From an uncultured Bacteroidales bacterium (GTDB lineage Bacteria; Bacteroidota; Bacteroidia; Bacteroidales; FEN-979), in contig CAIWMX010000009.1 in assembly GCA_903913885.1 (NCBI GenBank), positions 1,176 to 65,175 on the forward strand: a DNA stretch of 64,000 bases. The letters are read 5' to 3'. Under the pieces are notes generated by a model. The model was not told the DNA's origin. It saw only the letters and a list, made by a program, of their open reading frames with translations, and made no database searches. This document shows, piece by piece, positions 18,846 to 28,323 of this stretch; position 1 is the stretch's first letter; the number at the start of each line of letters is the position of its first letter. Made by a program: the position numbers and the translations under genes.

Positions 18846-21218
18846 ATGAAAAAAACAATCTCTTTGATTTCATTCCTGCTCCTGGGAATGAATTTAGCTT
18901 TTTCCCAACAGGAAGCACCCAAACCGGTCGTTGACCTGCCGGTCTATTTTGATATCTCACCCCCGCTCCGCGATTTGGTAAACCTTGCACCTGAAGCATA
19001 TGATTGTTCATGGAAAGATGGCGTTGTTAAAAATCACCTTGATTTTAACCCCGGGTCTGCACCGAAAAGCGGCATCCCCAATGCATTTGACGCCATTGTG
19101 CAAAATCGGTTCGGATATTATCAACCCGACACGACCATCGCGAATTTTGATGGTGTTGGCAATGTAAACGGCGCGGTACCTCCCGATACCTATGGTGAAG
19201 TTGGCCCCAACCATTATTTCCAGGTCGTAAACCTGTCGTATGCAATCTATAATAAAACCGGTGGCAAAGTACTCGGACCCAAACCAAACAGTTCGATTTT
19301 TACCGGTTTGACCAACAATTCAAATGATGGTGACGCTGTAGTGGTTTACGATGAAAACGCCGACCGCTGGCTATTTTCGCAATTTTCCCTCCCGAACTAT
19401 CCAAATGGTCCGTTTTACCAGATGATTGCCATTTCCCAAACCCCCGATCCAACCGGGTCATGGTATCGCTACCAATATTCATTTACCGAGATGCCCGACT
19501 ATCCCAAATTCGGAATTTGGCCTGATGGTTATTACATGTCGGCTAACCGGTTCCTCGCTTCTGGTGGATTCGCCGGAATTGGCGCGTACGCTTACGACCG
19601 CACTGCCATGCTTGCCGGGTCGCCTACTGCAGCCAGGATCTCATTCACCCTCTCCGGAAATACACCATTCGCTTTTCTGCCTTCTGATTGTGACGGTGCC
19701 TTCCCCCCCGTTGGAACGCCTGATTATTTTACTTATATCAACAGGACCTCCGGATCACAATACCTCGGCATTTATGAGTTTCATGTCGACTGGAACACAC
19801 CCGCAAATTCAAGCTTCGGTAACAGCATCCAACTGCCTGTGACAGCATTTACCTCCCTGACACAGGGTATCCCGCAACTCGGGACCACCCGCAAGCTGGA
19901 TAACCTGGGCGACCGCCTCATGTACCGTTTGCAGTATCGTAAATTCAACGGTTATGCAGCCATGGTTGTAAACCATTCCGTTAACGCAGGAAGCAGCATT
20001 GCCGGCGTTCGCTGGTACGAACTCAGAAACCCGGGCACAGGCTGGTCCATTTACCAGCAGTCCACCTATGCCCCTGCCGACAATAACTCCCGCTGGATGG
20101 CCAGTATGGCCATCGACACAGCCGGTACCATTGCCATGGGTTTCACGATTTCAAGCGCCACCATGTACCCGGGGATCCACTATACCGGGAGATTTAAGAA
20201 CGATCCGCTCGGGCAAATGACCGTTACTGAAAAAACCATGATGGATGGCGGCGGATCACAAACAGCCGGAAACAACTCAGGGGCAACCAATGGAAGATGG
20301 GGCGATTACAGCGGCATGAGCGTTGATCCGAAATCACCGACCACGTTCTGGTTTACCACCGAATATTATACAACCACCTCGGCAGCCACCTGGAGCACCC
20401 GCATCGCATCATTTACCTTTGCCAATATCTTTTCGTCCACAGCTTCAGCATTCCCGACTTCGTTCTGTGCAGGCGATTCGACTCAACTTAAAGATGTTCC
20501 CTATGGCGGAAGCGGGGTTTATACCTATTCATGGACTTCGGTGCCTCCGGGATTCACTTCTACAGCAAAAAGTCCCAAAGCTGCACCGAGTGTGCCCACG
20601 AAATTCATCTGCGCAGTGAGCGATGGATCCTCCACACGCCATGATACCACTTCGGTATCTCCTGTGCTGCCTCCCACCGTGAATGCTGGCCCCGACACCC
20701 TTGTCTGCCAGAATTCGGTTAAGATCACCCTGCATGGAACTGCAAGCAATTACCGGATGATCGGCTGGGCAACCTCAGGGGATGGAACTTTCAGCAATTC
20801 ATCGTCACTCACCACCGATTACACGTTCGGCATCGGGGATAAGACAAACGGCAGTGTTGACCTGAAACTCATCGGGATACCCAACATTCCCTGCAGTGCT
20901 AACATTACAAGCATCAGGCATGTGACTTTTGATCCTTGCAGCGGGATTGACGAACGGTCGGCTGGAAACCTTAACCTCATCATCCGCCCGAATCCTGCAA
21001 CTGAAAGTGTTACCTTCACCTTCACCGGAGTGGTTGATAAGGCAGGCACCCTTACCATTTCGAATATGGAGGGACAGGTAAAATATGCCGAACAGGTTCA
21101 GCCGTCGGGAATTACATTGGTGAAAAACATGAACCTGACCGGGTATGCCAAAGGAGTTTACATTGTTCAGCTGAAGACTGAAGACCAGGTAACTTCCCAG
21201 CGACTGGTGGTACAGTAG
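18846..21218 (+). CDS. Secreted protein of unknown function with T9SS C-terminal sorting domain
   Basis: 790 aa. Signal peptide, then a ~500-aa conserved-looking domain (GDRLMYRLQYRKF..., RWGDYSGMSVDP), Ig-like middle repeats and a C-terminal T9SS CTD (LIIRPNPATESVTFTF...GVYIVQLKTEDQVTSQRLVVQ). Confidence 0.75.
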   Translation: MKKTISLISFLLLGMNLAFSQQEAPKPVVDLPVYFDISPPLRDLVNLAPEAYDCSWKDGVVKNHLDFNPGSAPKSGIPNAFDAIVQNRFGYYQPDTTIANFDGVGNVNGAVPPDTYGEVGPNHYFQVVNLSYAIYNKTGGKVLGPKPNSSIFTGLTNNSNDGDAVVVYDENADRWLFSQFSLPNYPNGPFYQMIAISQTPDPTGSWYRYQYSFTEMPDYPKFGIWPDGYYMSANRFLASGGFAGIGAYAYDRTAMLAGSPTAARISFTLSGNTPFAFLPSDCDGAFPPVGTPDYFTYINRTSGSQYLGIYEFHVDWNTPANSSFGNSIQLPVTAFTSLTQGIPQLGTTRKLDNLGDRLMYRLQYRKFNGYAAMVVNHSVNAGSSIAGVRWYELRNPGTGWSIYQQSTYAPADNNSRWMASMAIDTAGTIAMGFTISSATMYPGIHYTGRFKNDPLGQMTVTEKTMMDGGGSQTAGNNSGATNGRWGDYSGMSVDPKSPTTFWFTTEYYTTTSAATWSTRIASFTFANIFSSTASAFPTSFCAGDSTQLKDVPYGGSGVYTYSWTSVPPGFTSTAKSPKAAPSVPTKFICAVSDGSSTRHDTTSVSPVLPPTVNAGPDTLVCQNSVKITLHGTASNYRMIGWATSGDGTFSNSSSLTTDYTFGIGDKTNGSVDLKLIGIPNIPCSANITSIRHVTFDPCSGIDERSAGNLNLIIRPNPATESVTFTFTGVVDKAGTLTISNMEGQVKYAEQVQPSGITLVKNMNLTGYAKGVYIVQLKTEDQVTSQRLVVQ

Positions 21219-21239
21219 TATTTTTCACTTTTCCTGAAA

Positions 21240-21270
21240 GGTGGATCCGGACCAGCGTTCCGGATCCACC
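21240..21270 (+). terminator. Rho-independent terminator
   Basis: Perfect 11-bp stem GGTGGATCCGG / CCGGATCCACC, a 9-nt loop, then TTTTT. It lies 22 nt after the stop at 21218. Confidence 0.8.
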
Positions 21271-21320
21271 TTTTTCAATGCCAAAGAAGTATCCATCTTT
21301 TTAAAAACAAATACTGACAC

Positions 21321-22442
21321 ATGAAACAAACAGGCATTATTTACCTGGTACTTTTATTTCTCACCTCCTTTTCCGGCCGCGCACAGGAAAATGGCACCGA
21401 TCCTTCATTGCAGGCAGGTTCCCCCAAAAAGCCGCATGTAGTCACATGCGTTTGCGGTGACGGGACCCAGACACCCTTAGGTGTGATGACCGATCATATA
21501 CATCCCAAAGGCGAATGGATGGTCTCCTATACCTACATGAATATGGCGATGAAGGGAAATTACATGGGCGATACCCGGGTAAGCGATGACTTCATTTATA
21601 AATTTAAAACCGACCTGGCGTACATGATGGCTCCTGAAACCATGACCATGCAGATGCACATGGGCATGGTCATGTACGGGCTTACCGACAAAATTACCCT
21701 GATGGTTATGGGTGGTTTTGAGACTTTCAGTATGACCATGAACATCCCGCCCGACATGGTAGGCATGCCCCATATGAACATGGATTCAGGCAGTACCAGT
21801 ATGAAATCAACTTCATCAGGCTTTACCGACACAAAAATATACGGTTTATACAGTTTCCTGAACAAGGGATCAAACCGCCTGGTTGCAAGCCTGGGGCTCA
21901 ACCTGCCCACAGGGGCCATAAGGGCGAAAGGTAAAACCATGCTTGGCGATAACGCCCAAATGCCATATGATATGCAGCCAGGTACAGGGTCATTTGGCCT
22001 TGCGCCTGATCTCACCTATATTCACCAGTTTGGCCTCCTTGCCCTCGGGGCCGACCTTGGCGCAGATATTAAACTTAATAAAAACACGATCGGCTACAAG
22101 TTGGGGAACGTATACCACATCACTGCCTGGGCAAACTACAAATTCCTTCCTTTTCTAAGCGGATCCGTGCGGGGCGAAGGCATCTTGACCGGTAATATTA
22201 CCGGTTCGGACCCGGAACTGGCTGACCCTTATTTTCCAACCAGCGACCCTACTACCGTCACTGAAAATTATGGGGGAAAAGTCGTCAACCTTTATGCCGG
22301 GTTGAATTTCCATGTAAAACAACCGGTCCTGAAAAATTTCACCTTGCTGGTTGAATATGGAATGCCTGTTTATCAATACCTTAACGGGATTCAGATGGCA
22401 TCGAAGTTTAACCTGATCCTTGGATTGCAATACAAAATCTGA
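21321..22442 (+). CDS. Outer-membrane beta-barrel protein (MetA/phenol-degradation-type 'transporter' family-like), Met/His-rich
   Basis: 373 aa. Signal peptide, alternating beta-strand pattern, C-terminal aromatic (LGLQYKI), and Met/His-rich segments (HIHPKGEWM, MTMQMHMGMVMYG, MVGMPHMNMD). Confidence 0.6.
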   Translation: MKQTGIIYLVLLFLTSFSGRAQENGTDPSLQAGSPKKPHVVTCVCGDGTQTPLGVMTDHIHPKGEWMVSYTYMNMAMKGNYMGDTRVSDDFIYKFKTDLAYMMAPETMTMQMHMGMVMYGLTDKITLMVMGGFETFSMTMNIPPDMVGMPHMNMDSGSTSMKSTSSGFTDTKIYGLYSFLNKGSNRLVASLGLNLPTGAIRAKGKTMLGDNAQMPYDMQPGTGSFGLAPDLTYIHQFGLLALGADLGADIKLNKNTIGYKLGNVYHITAWANYKFLPFLSGSVRGEGILTGNITGSDPELADPYFPTSDPTTVTENYGGKVVNLYAGLNFHVKQPVLKNFTLLVEYGMPVYQYLNGIQMASKFNLILGLQYKI

Positions 22443-22612
22443 GATCCTTCCCGTAAAAAGGAACAAACCCTCCTTCATGGTTTCGGAAACACGTTGGGCT
22501 TCAACCTGACATAGCCAGTCATGGTTCGTGAAACGTCTGGCAGGATGAAAATTTCCCTTATCCACGTTTCATAAAATTATGTAAATTCGTGACCTAATTT
22601 TAATTAGCCAAA

Positions 22613-25525
22613 ATGAGAAAACTCTTTACGATTTTATGCCTGGCGCTTTTATCGCAGGCAGTGTGGGCTAAATTTGTCCCACAGCAGGATGCCGCAAAGG
22701 TGGCTGTCAGTTTTTACCGGCTTAATAATTCCATGGGTGTCACAAATCCCTTGTTGCTGACACAAACTGTCAGGTACTGGGAGAATGCGCCGTCAATCTA
22801 TCTCTTCCGGTTTGTATCGGGAGGTTTCGTGCTGGTTGCTGCCGATGATGCTTCCATCCCTGTATTGGGTTATTCATTTGAAAATGACATGCCCTTGGTG
22901 AACGACAACCCGGCCACCAAAGAGTGGCTTGATGACTATAGCCGGCAGATCAGTTTTATTATCAGCCATCACCTCGATAACACTGAAACCGCAAAGCAGT
23001 GGAGTGGGATCATGAGCGGGAAGGCCCTTGCGTTATCACCTTTGCAAACCCAGGATGTAACACCCCTGCTGTCGACCCTGTGGGACCAGGGGTGCTTTTA
23101 CAATGCGCTGTGCCCTGTCGCCACAGGCGCCCAATGTGGTCACGTATGGACCGGCTGTGTTGCAACAGCCATGTCGCAGATCATGAAATACCATAATTTC
23201 CCGCCGCAGGGGGTTGGGCAGCACAGCTACACCGACCCGGTTTACGGACCGCAATCGGCCAATTTCGGCAATACAACCTATAACTGGTCGTCGATGCCCA
23301 ATTCGGTGGGCAGCAGCAATACCGCCGTCGCCACGCTCATGTATCACAATGGCGTTTCAGTTGAGATGCAATACGGGGTAAGCGGTTCAGGCGCTTTCAG
23401 CGAGAGCGTGCCGGGCGCATTGCAAAACTACTTTAACTACAGTCCCGAAATTGATATGAAATACAAGGACACATATCCCAATGTGGAGGATTTCAAAACA
23501 TTATTGCGGGCCGATCTGAATGCAGGTCTGCCGATCTATTACAGCGGATCGAATCCAACGGAAGGTCATGCATGGGTATGCGACGGTTACCGGATGAGCG
23601 ACGGCATGTTCCATTTTAACTGGGGATGGTCGGGATCGTCAAACGGATATTACGCGATCGGCAACCTAAACCCGGGTGGTACCACCTTCAACCTGAACAA
23701 TTCCGTTGTACTGCATATCAAGCCTTACAATCCAAACCTGATTGTGCGGATTACCCACCCGGTGAACAAGGCTGTAATCGGGGTTGGCTACAGCGTTGAC
23801 ATCAAAGCCAGCGTTGTTAGGGGAACTGCTACGATGATGAAGATCTTCATCGACAGTGTGGAGAAATTCTCTTTCCCGGGCGATTCAATTACCTATACAT
23901 GGAACACTTCCACAGCCGATCTGGGGTCGCATACTGTAAGAGCCTATGCCTATAATGCAACGGATACCGTATATTATAAGGAACTGGTCAATGTAGCGGA
24001 ATGGATTTCACAGGCTAGCGGTTTCACAGCGCCTTCCCGTGCCGTTACTTACATGTCGGCTGTAGACAGCAATGTTGTATGGGGAACTGCTGCAGATGCC
24101 AACAACCTGGCTGCTGCCTGCTCCGATTTCACAAAAACCACCAATGGAGGTAATACCTGGACTCCGGGCGTGATCACCAACACAACAGGTCTTGCTTCAG
24201 CCATGATTTTTGCCATGGATGCCAGTACAGCGTATGTTGCCATGTTCAAGGTCTCCGGCACCAAGCCGATGGGGATTTACATGACCTCTGACGGTGGGGC
24301 TACCTGGGCAAGGCAGGCCAGTGCATCATTCAGCAATGCAGCGTCATTCCCCGATGTTGTTCATTTCTTTAATACCACCGATGGCGTTGCCATTGGCGAT
24401 CCCATCAACGGCAAATTTGAAATTTACACCACCACCGACGGCGGCACAAACTGGACCCTGATTCCGGGCGCCGGGAACCCGGCTCCCGTGAGCGGGGAGT
24501 ATGGTGTTGTCGGATATTATTCTGCTGTTCATGATACCATCTGGTTCGGAACCAACAAGGGAAGGTCCTATAAATCGGTGAATAAGGGCGTTGCATGGAC
24601 AGTTTCCGCAGCCCCCGGTATGAGCGCCGTGTTTGTAAAACCGGTGTTCAGGGATGGCAGCCACGGACTGCTCATTGATGAAAGTTCGGGAACAGGAGCG
24701 CTTTGCGAGTCTTCCGACGGTGGCAATACATGGACACCGCTTACATTTACCGGGTCAAACTATGCTGGTGATCTCTCCTATGTGCCGGGAACCCCGAATA
24801 CCTGGGTGCGCTCTGGCAGCACCAGCATCCTGGGATGCGCCTATTCCTTTGATGGCGGGCATACCTGGACTGATTTCATCGGCACGACAGGCGCTCCCTA
24901 TTACCAGATGTCATGGGTGAATAACCATTGCGGCTGGTCGGGCGGCGTCAATGCAACAACAACAGAGAACGGAACCTATAAGTTTATCGGAAAACTGCAG
25001 CAACCGTTGCCTCCGCCCCGGAATGTCACCGCTACCGCCATCGGGCATAATGTGAACATCACCTGGATGCCGCCAAATTACAATAGCGGTTCGATGACCT
25101 TGCAGGGTTATAATCTTTCGAGGAATGGTACGAAAATAAACGCAAGTCCGATCACCGGGGTTACTTACCTCGATCAGAGTGTCCCCAGCGGCGTTTACAC
25201 CTATTGTGTTTCTGCCCATTATGATATCGGTGAATCGCCCGACAGCTGCAACAGCGTGGATGTTGCAGTAGGTATTGCGCAGATTGGTGGTTCGGAATTG
25301 CAGATCTATCCAAATCCTGCACACGGAACTGTTTACGTCAGAACATCAGCCCTTTCTTCAGAAGCCTCCATCTGCGATCTTGCCGGGAACATTTTGCAGG
25401 CTCAAGTCAGGAACGTGTCAGCAAACCTTCTGACCATTGATATCTCAGGGTTACAGTCCGGCATCTATCTTTTGTCTGTTAGCAACCGCGAGGGAGTTTC
25501 AAGGACCAAGCTGGTGGTTTACTAG
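22613..25525 (+). CDS. Peptidase C10 (streptopain/SpeB-like) fused to BNR-type beta-propeller, FN3-like module and T9SS CTD
   Basis: 970 aa. N-terminal inhibitor-like prodomain. Catalytic Cys block GCVATAMSQIMKYHNFP (SpeB: GCVATATAQIMKYHNYP) and His block GHAWVCDGY...FHFNWGWSG. Five x-DGG-x-TW repeats (NGGNTWT, DGGATWA, DGGTNWT, DGGNTWT, DGGHTWT). CTD is LQIYPNPAHGTVYV...GIYLLSV. Confidence 0.88.
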   Translation: MRKLFTILCLALLSQAVWAKFVPQQDAAKVAVSFYRLNNSMGVTNPLLLTQTVRYWENAPSIYLFRFVSGGFVLVAADDASIPVLGYSFENDMPLVNDNPATKEWLDDYSRQISFIISHHLDNTETAKQWSGIMSGKALALSPLQTQDVTPLLSTLWDQGCFYNALCPVATGAQCGHVWTGCVATAMSQIMKYHNFPPQGVGQHSYTDPVYGPQSANFGNTTYNWSSMPNSVGSSNTAVATLMYHNGVSVEMQYGVSGSGAFSESVPGALQNYFNYSPEIDMKYKDTYPNVEDFKTLLRADLNAGLPIYYSGSNPTEGHAWVCDGYRMSDGMFHFNWGWSGSSNGYYAIGNLNPGGTTFNLNNSVVLHIKPYNPNLIVRITHPVNKAVIGVGYSVDIKASVVRGTATMMKIFIDSVEKFSFPGDSITYTWNTSTADLGSHTVRAYAYNATDTVYYKELVNVAEWISQASGFTAPSRAVTYMSAVDSNVVWGTAADANNLAAACSDFTKTTNGGNTWTPGVITNTTGLASAMIFAMDASTAYVAMFKVSGTKPMGIYMTSDGGATWARQASASFSNAASFPDVVHFFNTTDGVAIGDPINGKFEIYTTTDGGTNWTLIPGAGNPAPVSGEYGVVGYYSAVHDTIWFGTNKGRSYKSVNKGVAWTVSAAPGMSAVFVKPVFRDGSHGLLIDESSGTGALCESSDGGNTWTPLTFTGSNYAGDLSYVPGTPNTWVRSGSTSILGCAYSFDGGHTWTDFIGTTGAPYYQMSWVNNHCGWSGGVNATTTENGTYKFIGKLQQPLPPPRNVTATAIGHNVNITWMPPNYNSGSMTLQGYNLSRNGTKINASPITGVTYLDQSVPSGVYTYCVSAHYDIGESPDSCNSVDVAVGIAQIGGSELQIYPNPAHGTVYVRTSALSSEASICDLAGNILQAQVRNVSANLLTIDISGLQSGIYLLSVSNREGVSRTKLVVY

Positions 25526-25568
25526 AGATCAGGATATGTGCAAACCGTTTACACCGGTTTGCAAAAAA

Positions 25569-25595
25569 GGCTCCCTGCATTGACGGCAGGGAGCC
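25569..25595. terminator. Bidirectional rho-independent terminator between the convergent C10 genes
   Basis: aaaaaa-GGCTCCCTGC-attgacg-GCAGGGAGCC-tttttt, a perfect 10-bp stem. Confidence 0.85.
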
Positions 25596-25619
25596 TTTTT
25601 TGTCAGGGTGAGAGCCTGG

Positions 25620-27755
25620 CTAATTGATGAGCACTTTCCTGGTCGTTGTTTCCTGGTCTGTTGTGATCTTCATGAAATAGATCCCGGGAGCAATTCCGGA
25701 AATGTCCATATTAATAATTCCGGCGACCGGGGTGTTATCGTTAACCAAACGTACCATTTGCCCGGTACTGCTGATCAGTTCCAGGCGAACCGGGAGGCTG
25801 GGTCCCCTGCCGAATTCAACCGATACCCCGTCATGGGCGGGAACGGGAAAGATCGTGATTTTCTGTGAAGGAACAGGAGCCGGTATACCGGTTTGAACAA
25901 CTGAATAAGATCCTTCCCAGCCAGAATCGGTGTTGGTTGAGTTGGTCATGAAAACGATCATCATTTTACCGCTGTTGCTGGTCACCGGTGCAGGCATGTT
26001 CGATGCATCGTAATCACCCGAATAGGTGGCAAGGTTTTGCCCTGAACCCATATCGTAGAATTTAACCACGTCGAATCCCGCCTCGGTCCTGAACTGGCTG
26101 AAAGAGAAGGTGACCGGTCCTGGAATTGATGGTGTGATCATCCATTTGCACATCGTTCTGTTCCGGTAATTGTGAGAACCGCTTCCGTCTTTTATTGTTC
26201 GGGCCGGATCCGTGTAGGTTTCAGCCGGCATGCACCAATCGGCTGATTTGGTGGTATAGGTAGCAAACCATCCTTCGTTTGTACCGCTGCCGTTTGTCTG
26301 GAAAGTAACCAGCGCCTTGTAATTGTTTACGACGATAGCGGGAGGAAGTACGCTACCCGACCAGGTTCCGATCAGTGAATCGGAGGTTGAACCGCCTTTG
26401 TAGATCCTCACGATATCAATGCCACTCTCGGTATTGAATTTGTTGAAGGTGATGGTGATGCTCACAATGGAGTCGCTGGCCGATTGTGGTTCGATGAGCC
26501 AGCTACGGTTGCAGTTGTTCGGGTAATTCTTCACCGGGCCGCTTCCATCCTCAAAAGTTCCGGCAAGCGCTGTGAGCAGTGTCTGCCCGTTGGTGGCTGA
26601 AGGATAGGTGTAACTCAGGGTGTCCGGGTATAGATTAACGATCGCGCCCTGTCCCTGGGTGAAATCCTCTCCCCCGGGATTCAGGTTGGTGAGGTAGAAA
26701 TACCCGTTAAACGATCCGCTCCATCCCCAGTTGAAATGAAAATAGTCGGTTCCCTGGTAGCCGTCGAGGTTGAATGCATGTCCCCCGGTGCCATACCCGT
26801 CATAATAAAGGGGCCGTTTCTGGTCAAGGTTTTCGCGGATCGTCTGCGACCAGGATGCGTCGGAATAATTGCTTTTCTCAATAAGCACACTGTTGGGGGT
26901 ATATTTGAACGTATTGACCATGGCATTTCTTGCATCATCGCTGTATGCGCCCGATCCGCCGGCGCCGTACATCATGTTCACGCTGATCCCGGCATGCCAA
27001 AGCAAAGTGGCGCCGGCGGTATCGTTCCATGCCGTAGTGAGAACATTCATCATTTCATTCCACTTGTAGGTGGTTGCAGCAAAATCTGCACATTGCTGCG
27101 GGTAGCCTGAAGGATAATAACAGTGCTGTCCGACCCCGGTTTCGGGCCAGCGATAATAATACATCACCTGCGACATAGCTGTTGCCACGCATCCGGCCCA
27201 AACACGGCCACCCGATCCGCCGGCGTCGAGCGGACACAACATGTTATAAGGGAAGCCTTGGTCCCAGGTCGATATGAGCAAAGGTGCCACATCCGTTGAT
27301 GGTGAAAGCGGTGCATTATTCACCGGGACACCTGATAACAGCCGCTGCCATGCATCGTTTACCACCTGCGGGGCAGCATAATGATTCGCGGAGGCCCGGT
27401 TAATCTGTTTTGCATAACCCTCCATCCAGTTTACGAACTGCGGCGGCTGGTTTTCAGGAGAATAAGTACCTGTGAACGAATATCCCAGCACCGGGGTCAC
27501 GATGTTATCTGCTGAAACGATAACGTAGCCTTCGTGCCGGAGATTGAACACATAATAAACAGGCGTACCGGCGTAAGTTTTCGTAAAACTTTGAACGCAA
27601 ATGACCGAATCGGCAGGATAAGGCCTGACCCTGTTGACCTGCTGGCAATAGAACTTCAGTCCGGCGCGCCGCGCAGTGGCCATATCAACCGGCCCTGCAA
27701 AAAGAGGACCCAGCAAACTTAAAAGAAGGAAAATCGTGAATAGTTGTTTTTTCAT
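25620..27755 (-). CDS. Peptidase C10 (streptopain-like) with two CUB-like domains and T9SS CTD
   Basis: 711 aa. Blocks GCVATAMSQVMYYYRWP and GHAFNLDGYQG..YFHFNWGWSG. Two CUB-like modules (C..SWLIEP...ITITFNKFNTESGIDIVRIY.G; C.WMITP...FSFSQFRTEAGFDVVKFYD). CTD is ITIFPVPAHDGVSV...GIYFMKI. Confidence 0.88.
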   Translation of the reverse strand: MKKQLFTIFLLLSLLGPLFAGPVDMATARRAGLKFYCQQVNRVRPYPADSVICVQSFTKTYAGTPVYYVFNLRHEGYVIVSADNIVTPVLGYSFTGTYSPENQPPQFVNWMEGYAKQINRASANHYAAPQVVNDAWQRLLSGVPVNNAPLSPSTDVAPLLISTWDQGFPYNMLCPLDAGGSGGRVWAGCVATAMSQVMYYYRWPETGVGQHCYYPSGYPQQCADFAATTYKWNEMMNVLTTAWNDTAGATLLWHAGISVNMMYGAGGSGAYSDDARNAMVNTFKYTPNSVLIEKSNYSDASWSQTIRENLDQKRPLYYDGYGTGGHAFNLDGYQGTDYFHFNWGWSGSFNGYFYLTNLNPGGEDFTQGQGAIVNLYPDTLSYTYPSATNGQTLLTALAGTFEDGSGPVKNYPNNCNRSWLIEPQSASDSIVSITITFNKFNTESGIDIVRIYKGGSTSDSLIGTWSGSVLPPAIVVNNYKALVTFQTNGSGTNEGWFATYTTKSADWCMPAETYTDPARTIKDGSGSHNYRNRTMCKWMITPSIPGPVTFSFSQFRTEAGFDVVKFYDMGSGQNLATYSGDYDASNMPAPVTSNSGKMMIVFMTNSTNTDSGWEGSYSVVQTGIPAPVPSQKITIFPVPAHDGVSVEFGRGPSLPVRLELISSTGQMVRLVNDNTPVAGIINMDISGIAPGIYFMKITTDQETTTRKVLIN

Positions 27756-27987
27756 CTGGGTTGGATTGTAAGAATTTGATATTTAAGTATCTCCTGTTTC
27801 ATTTCACCTCACAAATATGAGTTAAAGTAGCCAATGATAAGAATCTGGTGCAATTTAGAGAAAAACATAAGAACTGTAAGCATTAACTTACATTCCACGA
27901 CCGTAAATATACCTTTCCAGGAATGCGACCCGGGAAACTCTGCCTGCAATAGTACCTTAATAGTTTGTTCCTGAATATAATAAAAAA

Positions 27988-28021
27988 GGTGGGACCGGAA
28001 TCAATCGAATCCGGTCCCGCC
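27988..28021 (-). terminator. Rho-independent terminator at the 3' end of the sulfur-module operon
   Basis: GGTGGGACCGGA / TCCGGTCCCGCC stem (one G-U pair) with a 10-nt loop, followed on the minus strand by a T-run (plus-strand aaaaaa at 27982-27987). It lies 28 nt past the stop at 28049. Confidence 0.75.
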
Positions 28022-28048
28022 TTTTGGGATATGCCGTTGTGCCTAAAA

Positions 28049-28255
28049 CTATTCCTTTTTAGCAGTGTTCATCTTAAAGGGCAGATAGAGCGGGCAGAAG
28101 CCGATAAAACTGGTCAGGATGAAAATCCCGGCAAAGATGAAAAGGATGATCGACAGAATGCCGTACGAATCACGAATAAAATAGCCAACCACAATCATGA
28201 TTATCGCAACAACAATTCTGATCACTTTGTCAATTAGTCCCATGTTCTGTTTCAT
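28049..28255 (-). CDS. DUF2892 (YgaP-like) small membrane protein
   Basis: 68 aa. Two TM helices and a conserved C-terminal CPLY motif (GFCPLYLPF). This family is often fused or linked to rhodaneses. Confidence 0.7.
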   Translation of the reverse strand: MKQNMGLIDKVIRIVVAIIMIVVGYFIRDSYGILSIILFIFAGIFILTSFIGFCPLYLPFKMNTAKKE

Positions 28256-28323
28256 AATCGTAAGTTTTAAATTTGGTTATTGATGAATGCAAATATATAT
28301 ATAAGTCGATTAACTTCGCACGA

